DNA from: Camelus ferus
Lineage: Eukaryota
DNA length: 64,000 nucleotides
Direction of reading: 5' to 3'
Assembly (NCBI RefSeq): GCF_009834535.1
Contig: NC_045696.1
Coordinates: forward strand, 72,418,001-72,482,000
In this document: positions 1-11,426 of the stretch, one piece after another
How the letters are laid out: each line of letters opens with the position of its first letter
Numbering within the stretch: position 1 is the first letter of the stretch
Position numbers and translations under genes: made by a program
The notes under the pieces: model-generated
Databases searched by the model: none
The model's input: only the letters and a program-made list of their open reading frames with translations
Told to the model about the DNA's origin: nothing

Positions 1-8
1 TCTTTACC

Positions 9-528
9 TTCACAGACAGTTCCATCCGCTAAGAGAATGAACCCCTAATGTTTGGCTAGGTGTGCCTGGGAGTTTTTCTTTGAAGACATTATGTTCCATT
101 GTAATTGAGTCTTAATTGGACCTATCTCCCTCATTCTCAGAGAATCCTGAACATCTTTTAGAAAGTAGATTTCCTTTTAAACAAAAGTAGTATAAAACAA
201 CCGCAACACAAACAAACATATGAAGCAGAACTCATTTTGAAGATTTTAGTAACTATGGTTTAATTTTTCAGAAATCATTTAATTACCTTTTCTTCAAGGA
301 GACAAGGTAGGGAAATCAACCAACTTACACGGATTTGAATAAACCAAGAATTTCTCTCTGCTGGTTTATATAGATCTAAAAGGACATGAAGTGGATATAT
401 ATCTTGGAGAAATTATGTTGGATAATATGACGTGTTCAGAAGACTTCTAGGTTTATAATTAACAATATACTTACATTTGAAATGTTCTCTTTGGGCCCCA
501 CTCTCATCTCTGACCATGTGTTGGGCAT
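9..528 (-). other. Cluster of candidate short exons of an unidentified (possibly decayed) minus-strand gene
   Basis: Three closely spaced AG/GT-bounded segments on the minus strand: ttaattttccaccccag|ATGCCC...TTCAAAT|gtaagt (~528-475), tgtccttttag|ATCTAT...ATCCGT|gtaagt (~375-329), ttttgtttaaaag|GAAATC...GTGAAG|gtaaag (~173-9). They join in compatible phase (AQHMVRDESGAQREHFKYLYKPAERNSWFIQIREIYFLKDVQDSLRMREIG...) but hit a TAG in the last segment. Protein not recognised. Confidence 0.3.
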
Positions 529-1194
529 CTGGGGTGGAAAATTAACCTAAGCTTCTCTTCTAAACACATCTTTATATTTGTGTTAACCAAAATATTAATT
601 TATTAAGTATAAGTTTCTAAATTTTCAGTCAGTTTAAAAAAAATGAGGGACAGATACCCATACCCTGATATACTGCAATGCCAAATGCATCTCTCATTGT
701 TTTCCCTCTTGTACTTCCTTATCCCTTCTCTGTCGATTTTGCTTTTTACTAACAGATGAAACAGGGTCATAAATTAACACCATCAATTTCATTTCTTCCC
801 TGTGACCTCTCCATTTGTCTAGCATTTTTATCAACTGGAAGTGATAAGAAATCCAAACTTAAAAAAGTCACTTTAAAGTAGCAGTAATTTATTCACAACT
901 CAGACTCTGGGTTCTTTTATTTTAAAATACAAAACTCACCATCTGAAACACACACTATGTGACAGACATGTCACTTCCCTAAGTTGTATTCTAAGAAAAC
1001 CTACACCTGTTTTAATTGGCCCTCTCTTCTCTGACTGATTTGAAGGTTGCTACACATGCCAATGATGAAGTGACATGACCAAAGCTTTCTAGGAACACTG
1101 TTGCTGTATGTAGCAGATTATTATTCTAGGGCTATTTTAAAGGATACTGAGTAAAAATAATGAAAATAAATGAAATAATTTAGGAACAAAAACA

Positions 1195-1400
1195 ACCATT
1201 TCTTGAGTACCTACTTTGTACCAGATGTTTTATACACATTTTCCCATTTAACCCTAATAATAACTTTATAAAATATGCATTATTACCTTATTTCATAGCT
1301 CAAGAATCAGAGGTACAGAGGCGTTGAGTAATTTGTGAAACAGAAGAGCTGGGATTCAAACCCAGCTATATCTGACTCTGGAGCCCATGCTCATTCCATG
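1195..1400 (-). mobile_element. MIR SINE
   Basis: ttgagtacctactttgtaccag...tcagaggtacagaggcgttgagtaatttg...gctgggattcaaacccagct matches the reverse of the MIR core. Confidence 0.8.
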
Positions 1401-1971
1401 TGACAGACTTATTAGGAGGAAAGCAGTGACACATTTTATTTTTATCAGTGGGGGAGTCATGTGGATCAGCCCAGTCCCTGTCATTGGATCTCACTTTTGC
1501 CAAATAAGTCAGCAAGGATAGGAATGATAGTTTGAGTGGATCAGCCCAATTATGAAAAGGAAATTACTGTACCAGAATATTTACATATCTCTAGAGCACC
1601 AATATACAATGTTTACTGTTCATAGACTTTTAATCTAACTTAACTTATATATTTAAGAAAAGAACACCTAACATTTTAGGAACTTTCATATCATCTGGTG
1701 ATTATCTCTAGCCTATAATGAATGAAGAAATTTTATATTATGTTTTTGGTTTGATGGAGAGAATAGGACCTGTGGACTCACATATCTATGTTTTGGAGAT
1801 ATTTTTCAGGAAAGATACTGGGACAAAAGAAAGGGAAGAAGAGAAACAAGTCCCACAGAAATGATCTTGAGTGCTCACACATTCTCCTTAATATTCATAT
1901 GGCAGATGTTTAGTAGGCGTTTGTGGATCAAAGAGAAGTTTAGAAAGGCAAAGAAAAAATGAAAGGAAGCT

Positions 1972-2773
1972 CTCCTGCGCATATATCCAGAGGGAATCTT
2001 AATTCAAAAATATACAGGCACCCCAATGTTCACAGAAGCACTATTTACAACAGCCAAGACATGGAAACAAACTAAATGCCCATCAACAGATGACTGGATA
2101 AAGGAGCTGTGGTATAATTATACAATGGAATACTACTCAGCCATAAAAAATAAGATAATGCCATTTGCAGCAATGTTGATGGACATGGAGAATGTCATTC
2201 TAAGTAAAGTAAGCCAGAAAGAGAAAGAAAAATACCATATGATATCACTTATTTGTGGTATCCAAAAAAAAAAAAAAAGACAAATGAACTTATTTACAAA
2301 ACAAAAAGAGACTCACAGACATAGAAAACAAACTTATGGTTATTGGGGGGAAGGGGCTGGGAAGGGATAAGTTGGGAGTTCGAGATTTGCAGATACTAAC
2401 TGATATATATAAAATAGATAAACAACAAGTTCATACTGTATAGCACTGGGAACTATATTCAATATCTTATAGTAACTTATGGTAAAAAAAGAATATGAAA
2501 ACGAATATATGTACCTTCCTACATGACTGAAGTATTGTGCTGTACACCAGGAATTGACACAACATTGTAAACTGACTATACTTCAATAAATATACATTTA
2601 TACATATAAATATATACACAAATAAATATATATTTATATATAATATAATATAAATAATATAAATACATATACAATAAATATATATATATATACACAAACA
2701 CAAAATAAAGTATCTAAACCAGCCCTCTCAATACTGGTCACTTAAGAAAAAAACTTTTAAAGAAAAAAAAAAG
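1972..2773 (+). mobile_element. Young 5'-truncated L1 (ORF2 C-terminus + 3'UTR) with extra 3' sequence
   Basis: ORF 2026-2370 is L1 ORF2 C-terminal (TAKTWKQTKCPSTDDWIKELWY..MEYYSAIK); the 3'UTR ends tatacttcaataaa at ~2590; exact 14-bp TSD aatgaaaggaagct at 1958-1971 and 2774-2787. Confidence 0.95.
2590..2700. repeat. AT-rich (TA)n-like microsatellite derived from L1 tail
   Basis: Degenerate TA/AAT runs directly after the L1 polyA signal. Confidence 0.85.
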
Positions 2774-3929
2774 AATGAAAGGAAGCTTATAGGAGAGGCA
2801 AGGATACATGGTGAGACGGTCAGGAGGAGTTTGCTGTTGCTGTGCAATTAATATTCTGAATTTGTGTCTCTACCACCATTGTGACTTATTGAGCATAATT
2901 ATGTGATATAATGTGATGGAGGGGATGTTTAGAAAGTAAATCTTAATTATTACATATTTATTTCATTAAACATTTTCATTAAGCTTTAATGTCTAGGACA
3001 TTGTGGTAGGCACTTATTGGATGTGAATTAAAGGAGGTACATATTCTGGTTCCACCTGTCAAAGACAGCTCCATGGAGCACACGAAAAAGACAAAACAAG
3101 TAATTAACATTTATTTTGGTGGTCCTCAGGGCATAGATATTGTATAACAGGATGCATATACAGGGCTTTTTCCTATTTTGGGAAGCAAACTATCTCTTTT
3201 TTCCTTCCACAGACTTAAATTAGAAACTCTGTTGAGAATACTAAGAGAACCTGTAATTCAAGCAAATACTTTTAACAGATATGTAAATGTAAGTTAGTTC
3301 CTCACTTGAAGTCAGATAAAACATTTTTTGGAAAGAGGACAATAAACTTAATAAGGTGTTATATAATACGTAGAATAAATATTAGTACAGTATATGAACC
3401 TAAATGACAGCAACAAATTATAAAGGTTAGCATGCAATTAAAATCGCTAATGGAACACTGTATGGAGAGAATGTGTTCATTCTTAGATCAGTCAAAGAGC
3501 AGCTATTTGGTGTCAGAGCTACCACTTGAACTAATGACACCTTAAACTTATTTTGAAACACTGTCATGTGATAGTTACAATTTACGGGTATCTTCAGTTC
3601 AGTCTTTCAGCATATGTTGTATATGCTAATAAAATGTGCCCTCAAGGCAGGATGGTCCTCATGGCCAGAGTCAACAGTCAGATCTATGCTTAAGTAAATT
3701 TTTCTGATGTCAAACTTACAGACAGACAACAATAGTAGTATATCTTCTAGTGACTGGCAGGCCAACAGTGCTTTAGATTTCAAACTTAGGAACCAAAAGC
3801 TACCTGAAATTTGTCAGTTAAATTGCTCCTGCTGCCCTGAGAACTATAAGCTCTGAGTTTTTGTTTTTTACATGGTTGTGCTTTCCTGGCTATGCTCTTG
3901 GGCATATGAGTCTATCAGTCAATGTCATT

Positions 3930-4210
3930 TACCTCATCTTCCACATGTACAAATCTTACTCATCTTTAAAGACTTAAATTAAATGACATCTTCTCCATGA
4001 AACTCTCCTCCAGCTCTCTCAGTTTAAATTAATCTTTCTGTTCTCTGAACTTCCATTGCATATATTTGTACTTCCATTAGCACTTTTCACTATCTACATC
4101 ATAGTGTTATTTGACTATTATATATTTTGCATATTTTAAACTATGTATATATAAAATATATATCATATATATTTGCATATGTGTTTTATCCCTTATTTTA
4201 GACTAATAGA
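3930..4210 (+). mobile_element. L2 LINE 3' fragment
   Basis: aaatcttactcatctttaaagacttaaattaaatgacatcttctccatgaaactctcc is typical of the L2 3' region. Confidence 0.6.
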
Positions 4211-4298
4211 GGAAAGAAGTGTCCCAGATTAGGTATGGAAACAAAGGGATGCCACTTTTGGTGTACCGGCTAGACATGGACATATACTGAAAGTTTAC

Positions 4299-4490
4299 CA
4301 CTCAAGCAGGAGATATTTGAAAAATAATGGAATGACTTTGTAGTCTTTGATGACTGGCAATAGAGTTGCCCTTTCTATGTGTAATTCAAAAAGTTGACAT
4401 CTGTCAACTCTCTTGGTGAATGAAACATTCACATAAGTGAAAGGTTTCAAATTCATGCCCACATTTGAATAGGAAGAAAGGAATAATCTC
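4299..4490 (-). other. Candidate 192-nt symmetric internal exon
   Basis: Acceptor ttttctccttgaatacag|GAGATT and donor GAGTG|gtaaac; 192 nt, phase 2-2, open in one frame (RLFLSSYSNVGMNLKPFTYVNVSFTKRVDRCQLFELHIERATLLPVIKDYKVIPLFFKYLLLE). No homologue recognised. Confidence 0.4.
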
Positions 4491-4607
4491 CTGTATTCAA
4501 GGAGAAAATAGTTCATAGAGTTCATGGTAGAAATGGAGAGAGAAAATTTAGTATTGATACTGGAACTGATCTACTCATCATTAGAAACAGGGAGCTTTTC
4601 AGTTTCT

Positions 4608-5068
4608 ATGGCCGTGGAGGTGTGCCACTCACTCCTCCATCAAGAAAGAAACTGCCTGAGAGTGTAATTAGCAGACAGCCTTCAGATGTTGCAACTTTGG
4701 GATCCACCACAGTTTTCAACTCCAAGTTCATGCTCTTTTAGGGCTGCTCACAGCCAGTAACAGCACAGGAGGTGTTCTGTGAGCCAAGTACTACAAAACC
4801 AGGTCATTTCTGACCCATGTGGGACTCCTCTAAACTTTGCACTGGGGTTCCCCATTGGCCTGACTGGAACTTTCTTGAGCTACACTGCAGTCAGAGGCTC
4901 ATCCAACCCAATCCTCCTTCCTTTCCTCTCTTCTTTCACAAGTGTCAAATCAGCATTGTGATACAAAGGCTTTTCCTTCCTACTATTCACAGCAATTTAT
5001 TTCCTCTAATACATTTCTTGCATTCTATCTTTGCATTTGCCTTTGCCAGGAGTGTCTGAACTGACACA
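4608..5068 (+). mobile_element. Solo ERVL LTR (LTR16-like)
   Basis: Contains tgacccatgtgggactcctct and ends with degenerate polyA signal ...aatacatttcttgca...ctgaactgacaca, characteristic of LTR16 3' ends. Confidence 0.7.
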
Positions 5069-5400
5069 GCTTCAGACTATCATGTTGAGCAACCAGCATG
5101 ACAAAATTGGATCCGAGTAACCACACTCATGAATTTAGTCATCTATTCAATTTATTTTACAAATATTTTTGAGCATTGACTATATGCCAAGCACGTATAG
5201 TGAGTGTCCTAGATACCAGCAATATAGGAATAAGTAAGGCAGACAAGATGTATGTTTTGAATAGAATCTACATTTCTAAGGAAATTAATTAAATAATTAT
5301 TGTTTTTTACTTATCTTTTATCTCATAAGGTTGTATAGCTCATGATTATTTCTCAATTCTTAGCAACTTGATGTCTCAAAAGATTTCTTTATGTCCTTGG

Positions 5401-5538
5401 CCTTTCCCTCCCTCCCTTCTTCCCTTCCTTCCTTCTTTCTTTCCTTCCTTTCTTTCTAGCTCTCTTTCCCTCTTTCTTCCTTTCCTTTTTCCTTCCTTCC
5501 TTCTTTTCATTTTCTTCTTTCTTCCCTCCCTCCTTCCA
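5401..5538. repeat. Polypyrimidine (CTTC/CTTT)n low-complexity tract
   Basis: Almost exclusively C/T over ~135 bp. Confidence 0.9.
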
Positions 5539-6994
5539 TCAGAATAATTAATAATCTATGTTTCTGATGAAAGAAAACCTATAGATGGTAGTAGATTTGG
5601 AGACTGTACTTTAACCTCAATGAAGGCAAAGCACATACTCTCAACTTGGACAGGATTAAGGAAGGCTGATAAATTATCAGCACACAGCAGTGGAAAGAAG
5701 GAGGAAATCTGGGCTGTCAAAATATGTGGTTGGCTTTTTATTGGAGGGGTTGGTTTATTTCATATCCCAGGGAATTTTGCAGGTAGAAAAAAATTCAATA
5801 CTATGTTTCTTTCTTATTGTCAAATTTGGATCCCAAATTGGGTATTGTCTCACCACTGTGATATATTGATCTAGTTTTAGTATTACTGGAACCAAATTAT
5901 ATATCAAATCAGTATTTAATTTTAATTAGTAAAGTTACTTAGAGGTTTTCTCTACCAGACATCAAGGCATCAAGTTTGCTCAATTAATTCTCTTCTTTGG
6001 GATTTTGGTCTGATTATTCATTATGTAACACATCGTCCACCCCTTTAAAAAATTTTTGTTGTGTATGGTCATAAGGCCTGATCAGCTGATACATGCTTTT
6101 TCTAGTTTGTTATTATCTGTGGCCACTGGTGTTTTTCACTCCTTGTTGTTGGTACTGTAATTACCTTTTATGGATCTGTATGACTTATTCAAGTTTCTTA
6201 TGTTCACTCTTTTCTGTTCACATAGATAGAAACAAGTACATTAAAAATACACATACAATTGTAGAAGTAAGAAAAAGTGCCCACTTATATCAATATTTCA
6301 CTACTTATTAACATAAATAAAAATACCATTTTTGTATTAGAATTACTTTTGTATACCTTTTATTTTTATTTTTTTCTTACTTTAAAACATTTGAACCCAT
6401 GGAAAATTCACTACTCTAATTAGAAATAAGCTATATTCTCTTGGTGCTTTTTCTTGACAAATCTGTATTGCTCCAGCAAGTAAAAACAGATTGCCATTAC
6501 AAGTTCCCCCAAGAAGTTAACTTGCTATAGATTTGTACCCTTTCAGTTAATGTCCAACATTCAAAGATTTTTACTGAAAGAGCTCTTCTAAATAAGAATG
6601 TTACAAAGTAATAGTTCTAAAAGTACATATTACAAATGAAAAGGGAGGATAGACACATTATTTTGATATAGCCATTATCAAAAGTACTAGAAAATGTCTA
6701 CAAAAAGGTAAAGACACTCTGCTTAAAAGCCTCTAGATGCAGAATTCTTTGCTCTGGGAGATCCTGCTGAATTCCACTTTCATAATATTTGATTTGAAAA
6801 AGACCCAGATTCTCTTATATCTGATATCTAGAACTATCATAATCTAATATTACCATAAAATCAAGTTTTTATTGCCCTAATTTTATTCTAATCTAAGAAA
6901 ATATTTTTAAACATCAAGTACATTTTATTTATTGAAGCACTTTCATGTAGATTATATCTCAAGTTTTTGTCAGGAAGATAAGGTAAATAAGGAA

Positions 6995-8360
6995 GAGCTT
7001 ACAAAAAAAATCAATTATCATTCCCCTACACCACAACAACAAAGTGGAAAATATAATAAAAATGCAAAATCACAATAGCAATAAAAAACTAAAGCACCTA
7101 TGAGCTAATATAATGAATGCACAAGATCTTTATAGAAAAAAGTAAAGCTTTAAGAAAGGTATTATAATTGGATACTCATATAATAAAAAAGGAATCTTGA
7201 TACATATGTTACACTCTACAGATACACACAATATAAATATAAATGTAAAAGGAAAAACAATAAAGCTTCTAAAATAACTGGAGAATTTCTTCATGACCTT
7301 GAGGTAGCTAAAAATTTCTTAAATAGGACATTAAAATACTATCCACAAAGGAAAAACAAATAAATTGGACAAAATTAAAATTAAAAACCCTATGCATCAA
7401 AAACCACTATTGAGAGAGTGAAAAATAAGCCACAAACCTGAAGATATTGTAGTACATGTATCTGATAATGACTTATATCCAGAATATGTAAAGAAGTCTT
7501 ATAGATGAATGAGACAAGACAATTCAACCTCCCCAAAATGGGCAAGTACTTACACAGGCACTTCATGAAAGAAGAATGGTCATCAAACTTACAAAAAGGT
7601 GTTTAATTTCATAAATACCAGGGACATGAAAACTAAAACCACAGTATGATACCACTAAAGACCCAACAATATGGCTAAAATGCAAAAGAGAAAAAAGCAA
7701 GTGTTGACAAAGAAGTAGAATGACTAGAACTCTTACGTGCTGCTAGTGGAATGATCAATCAGTACAACCATTTTGGAAAACTTTTGGTAGTATCTACTAA
7801 AACTGACTATAGGTGAACCAAAGCTGAAACAGGCAAAAAAACCCCACAGCTCAGCACTTCTAGTCTTCTACCCAACAGAAATGCACATATTTGTTCACCA
7901 GAAGATATTTATAGGAATGTTCATTGCAGCACTTTTCTTAGCAGTCTCAAACTGGAAATAACCCAAATACCCATCAACAGTAGAATAAGTAAATTGTAGT
8001 ATATTTATACAATGGAATACTACATAGCAACAAGGTACACTCAACTGTATACAACAGAATGGATGAATCTCACAAAGATAATGCTGAGTGAATAAAGCCA
8101 GACTCTAATATTTATTGCATGATTTCAGTTTTATAAAGTTCAAAAATAAGCTAAATAGAAATCAGGACAGTGGTTATATAGGAGACGGGGGAGAGGGATA
8201 CACAATGACTGGGAGGATAGGTAAGGGTGGCTTCTAGAGTTCTGATGTTTTTTGATCTGCATGCTGATTAAACAAGTGGGTCTACTTTGTGAAAATTTGT
8301 CAAGGTGTACACTTACAATCTGTACACTTTATGTATATTATATCAATTAAAAATTTAGAT
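6995..8360 (+). mobile_element. Old L1 (L1MC/ME-like) ORF2 3' part and 3'UTR
   Basis: Degenerate ORF2 motifs (aactggaaataacccaaatacccatcaacagtagaat; tatacaatggaatactac) and an old-type 3' end (gtgaaaatttgtcaaggtgtacacttacaatctgtacacttt). Confidence 0.85.
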
Positions 8361-8419
8361 GAGAAAGAAAAAGCAAAACATACTGGATTCCAGATCTCCA
8401 AAGAGGCAGAAATAATTTT

Positions 8420-9700
8420 TAACTTAAAAATCACTAAAAGGGACATAAATGAAGACCTAAAAAATTGGTGAAATATGTTTATGGATGGGATAACTTAACA
8501 TTAAGATAACTATCCTCCCTAAATATGTAAATGCAATGTCATTCCACCAGCATTTTTTTGAGGAATTCAACTAATGCATCCTAGAACACATACTGAAAAA
8601 TAAAGATGCATGAATACCCAAGACAATTTTGAAAAACAAAAGCAGAGGGACTCCTTATCAAATATTATGACATACCACAAACAGTAATAAAAACAGTGTG
8701 TTTCTGGAGCAGAAGCAGACAGACTAATGGGATACTAAAGAAACAGACCCATTTATATATGAGAAGTTGATAAAGAATGGATTGTTTAATATATAATTGT
8801 TGGGAAAACTGATTCACTGTAAGTATAATAATTAAGGTGGCTCCCTACCTTAAATCAAATAAAAAGGCAAACTCTATATACTTGAAATACCTAAAAATAA
8901 GCTATAAGGCAAATAGAACAACATGCAGAAAAATGTCTTTAGGAAAAATGTCTTTAGATTCAAAATGCATAAACCATAAGGTGAAAAACTGACTAGAAGA
9001 GTTTGTACAACAAAGTACAGCATAAATAAAGTTAATGGATGACAGACTTGGGAAAAGATACTTGAAAAGTCGAAAAGAGGCTTATAAACTAGGATATACA
9101 AGGTACTCTTGGGGAAAAAAGATAGGAAATCCAATGGAAAATTGGGTGAAGATTATAAATAAGAAATTCACAAAAGTAGAAACTCAATTTGCTAACAAAT
9201 ATATGAACAGAAGCTCAACCTCAATTAGTAAATAGAGAACTATAAGTTAAAACAAACCCAAAACACAAAATATCCCTTTATAGCTATTACATTGGCAAAT
9301 ATTTTTAAACATTAGATAGTACCAATTGCTGGTGAGGATATGGAGGAAACAGGAATTCTTGTGAACTGTCATGGGTAGGGTAAATTGTTATAATGATTCT
9401 GGGGAGCAATTTGGCAGTACTTAGTGAAACTAAGTGTATGTGCATATAGTATGATCTAGCACTCCACTCCTGAAAATATTTCCCAGAGAAACCCTTGCAA
9501 AGGTCCAAAAAAGGATTAATGAGAACATTCATCATATAAACAGCAGGAAGTTAGAACCAACCAGTGAGTTCATCACTGGAAGAATGGTCTATATACACAG
9601 TAGGTTCATACCATGGATTATGTAATTAAAAGCAATCAATTACACATAAATACAGGTACATGGATAGATCTATAAAATCACCAATGAATGACAATTAAGA
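8420..9700 (+). mobile_element. Old L1 (L1ME-like) ORF2 fragment
   Basis: A-rich degenerate ORF2 (gaaacagacccatttatatatgagaagttgataaag; ggagcaatttggcagtac), interrupted at its 3' side by a young L1. Confidence 0.75.
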
Positions 9701-9710
9701 ACAAGAATGA

Positions 9711-10384
9711 CCTCAAAAGAATAAAAATAGACTTATCATATGATCCAGCAGTCCCACTCCTAGGCATATATCCAGAGGGAACCTTAATTCAAAAAGACAC
9801 TTGCACCCCAGCGTTCATAGCAGCACTATTTGCAATAGCCAGGATATGGAAACAACCTAAATATCCATCGACAGATGACTGGATGAAGAAGTTGTGGTAT
9901 ATTTATACAATGGAATACTACTTGGCCATAAAAAATAATAAAATAATGCCACTTGCAGCAATGTGGATGGACCTGGAGAATGTCATTCTAAGTAAAGTAA
10001 ACCAGAAAGAGAAAGAAAAATAGCGTATGATATCACTCACTATGTGGAATCTAAAAAAACAAAGACAAATGAACTTATTTATAAAACAGAAACAGACTCA
10101 TGTACATAGAAAACAAACTTATGGTTACCAGGGTTGGGGGGAGGGAGTAGAAAGGGATAAATCGGGAGCTTGAGATTTTCAGATACTGACTGGTATACAT
10201 AAAATAGATAATAAGTTTATACTGTATAGCACAGGGAACTATATTCAATATCTTGTAGTAGCTTATGGTGAAAAAGAATATGAAAACAAATATATGTATG
10301 TTCATGTATGACTGAAGCATAGTGCTGTACACCAGAAACTGACACAACATTGTAAACTGACTATACTTCAATAAAAAAAGTAAA
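9711..10384 (+). mobile_element. Young 5'-truncated L1
   Basis: ORF 9688-10023 is ORF2 C-terminal (YDPAVPLLGIYP...WKQPKYPSTDDW); 3'UTR and A tail; exact 14-bp TSD aagaacaagaatga at 9697-9710 and 10385-10398 after a TT|AAGA endonuclease-type site. Confidence 0.95.
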
Positions 10385-10459
10385 AAGAACAAGAATGAGA
10401 TCTACAATAACACAATACTATCTTGTAATTAAAAAGCACAAATTTAAAAAGCATACAGA

Positions 10460-10850
10460 TATAAGTCAGCCAGAAGGACAAATGTCATATGCTATCACCT
10501 ATATGTGGTATCCAAAAACAAATGAATAAATAAAACAAAACTGAAATAGACTCACAGAGAGTACAAACCAGTGGTTACCAGTCTGGAGAGGGAAGGGGGA
10601 GGGACAAGATAGGGGTAAGAAATTAAAATATACAAACCACTACTCACAAAATAAATATGCAACAAGGACATAAATGCACAGCACAGAGAAATATAGCTAC
10701 TATTTTATAGCATCTTTAAATGGAGTATAATCTATAAAAGCATTGAATCATTATGTTGTACATCTGAAACCAACAGAACATTGTAAATCAATTACACTTC
10801 AATAAATAAATAAATAAAAATAAAGGAAATAATAGCAAATACAAAAATAA
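10460..10850 (+). mobile_element. Intermediate-age L1 3'UTR fragment
   Basis: ataagtcagccagaaggacaaatgtcatatgctatcacctatatgtgg ... acattgtaaatcaattacacttcaataaataaa followed by an A-rich tail. Confidence 0.85.
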
Positions 10851-11426
10851 AACAAATTTTTAAAGCACATGTACAAAGCAACACTGTACAATTTATAAAG
10901 ACATACACATATTTAAGAAATTATACCAAATACATCAGTGAGTGCCAGAGGGTGTGTGGGATAGGAAGGGGGCAGTGGGATTACTATAAAGTAGAAAAGA
11001 AGTAAAATGAGTAAAATAAAATGAGAGAGGCCTTGAGCAGCCCACTGATGACATCATGCTATGAACTGATTAGAAGTTTTGAGTGACTCAACTCCCTGTT
11101 CTCGAAGTCCCCTTAAAAAAGCTCACCCTCATGAAAAAACCAAGTTACAATAATATAAATTAACCTACAAAAAAAGTTGATAGAGGTGCTTAATCAGCCC
11201 TCTACTGATAACTTTTAACTGGCCAAGCTACGGCTAAAGAGAAACTTGATTTTACACAGCTTTCACAGCTTCTCAACATCCACATACCTGCAAAAATGAG
11301 AGAATTTGTATATCCTTCCGTGTGAGTCCTCGTGATTCATTCAGGCTGTAGTTTAAGTAGGATCAGCATGAGCAAGCAAAGCACGATCCAAAAGGAGGAA
11401 GAAGCAAGATGATGTTACGGAAGTAT

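Noticed and set aside
4392..4409. 8-bp-arm inverted repeat agttgaca-tc-tgtcaact
   Set aside because: Arms this short are expected by chance in 64 kb.
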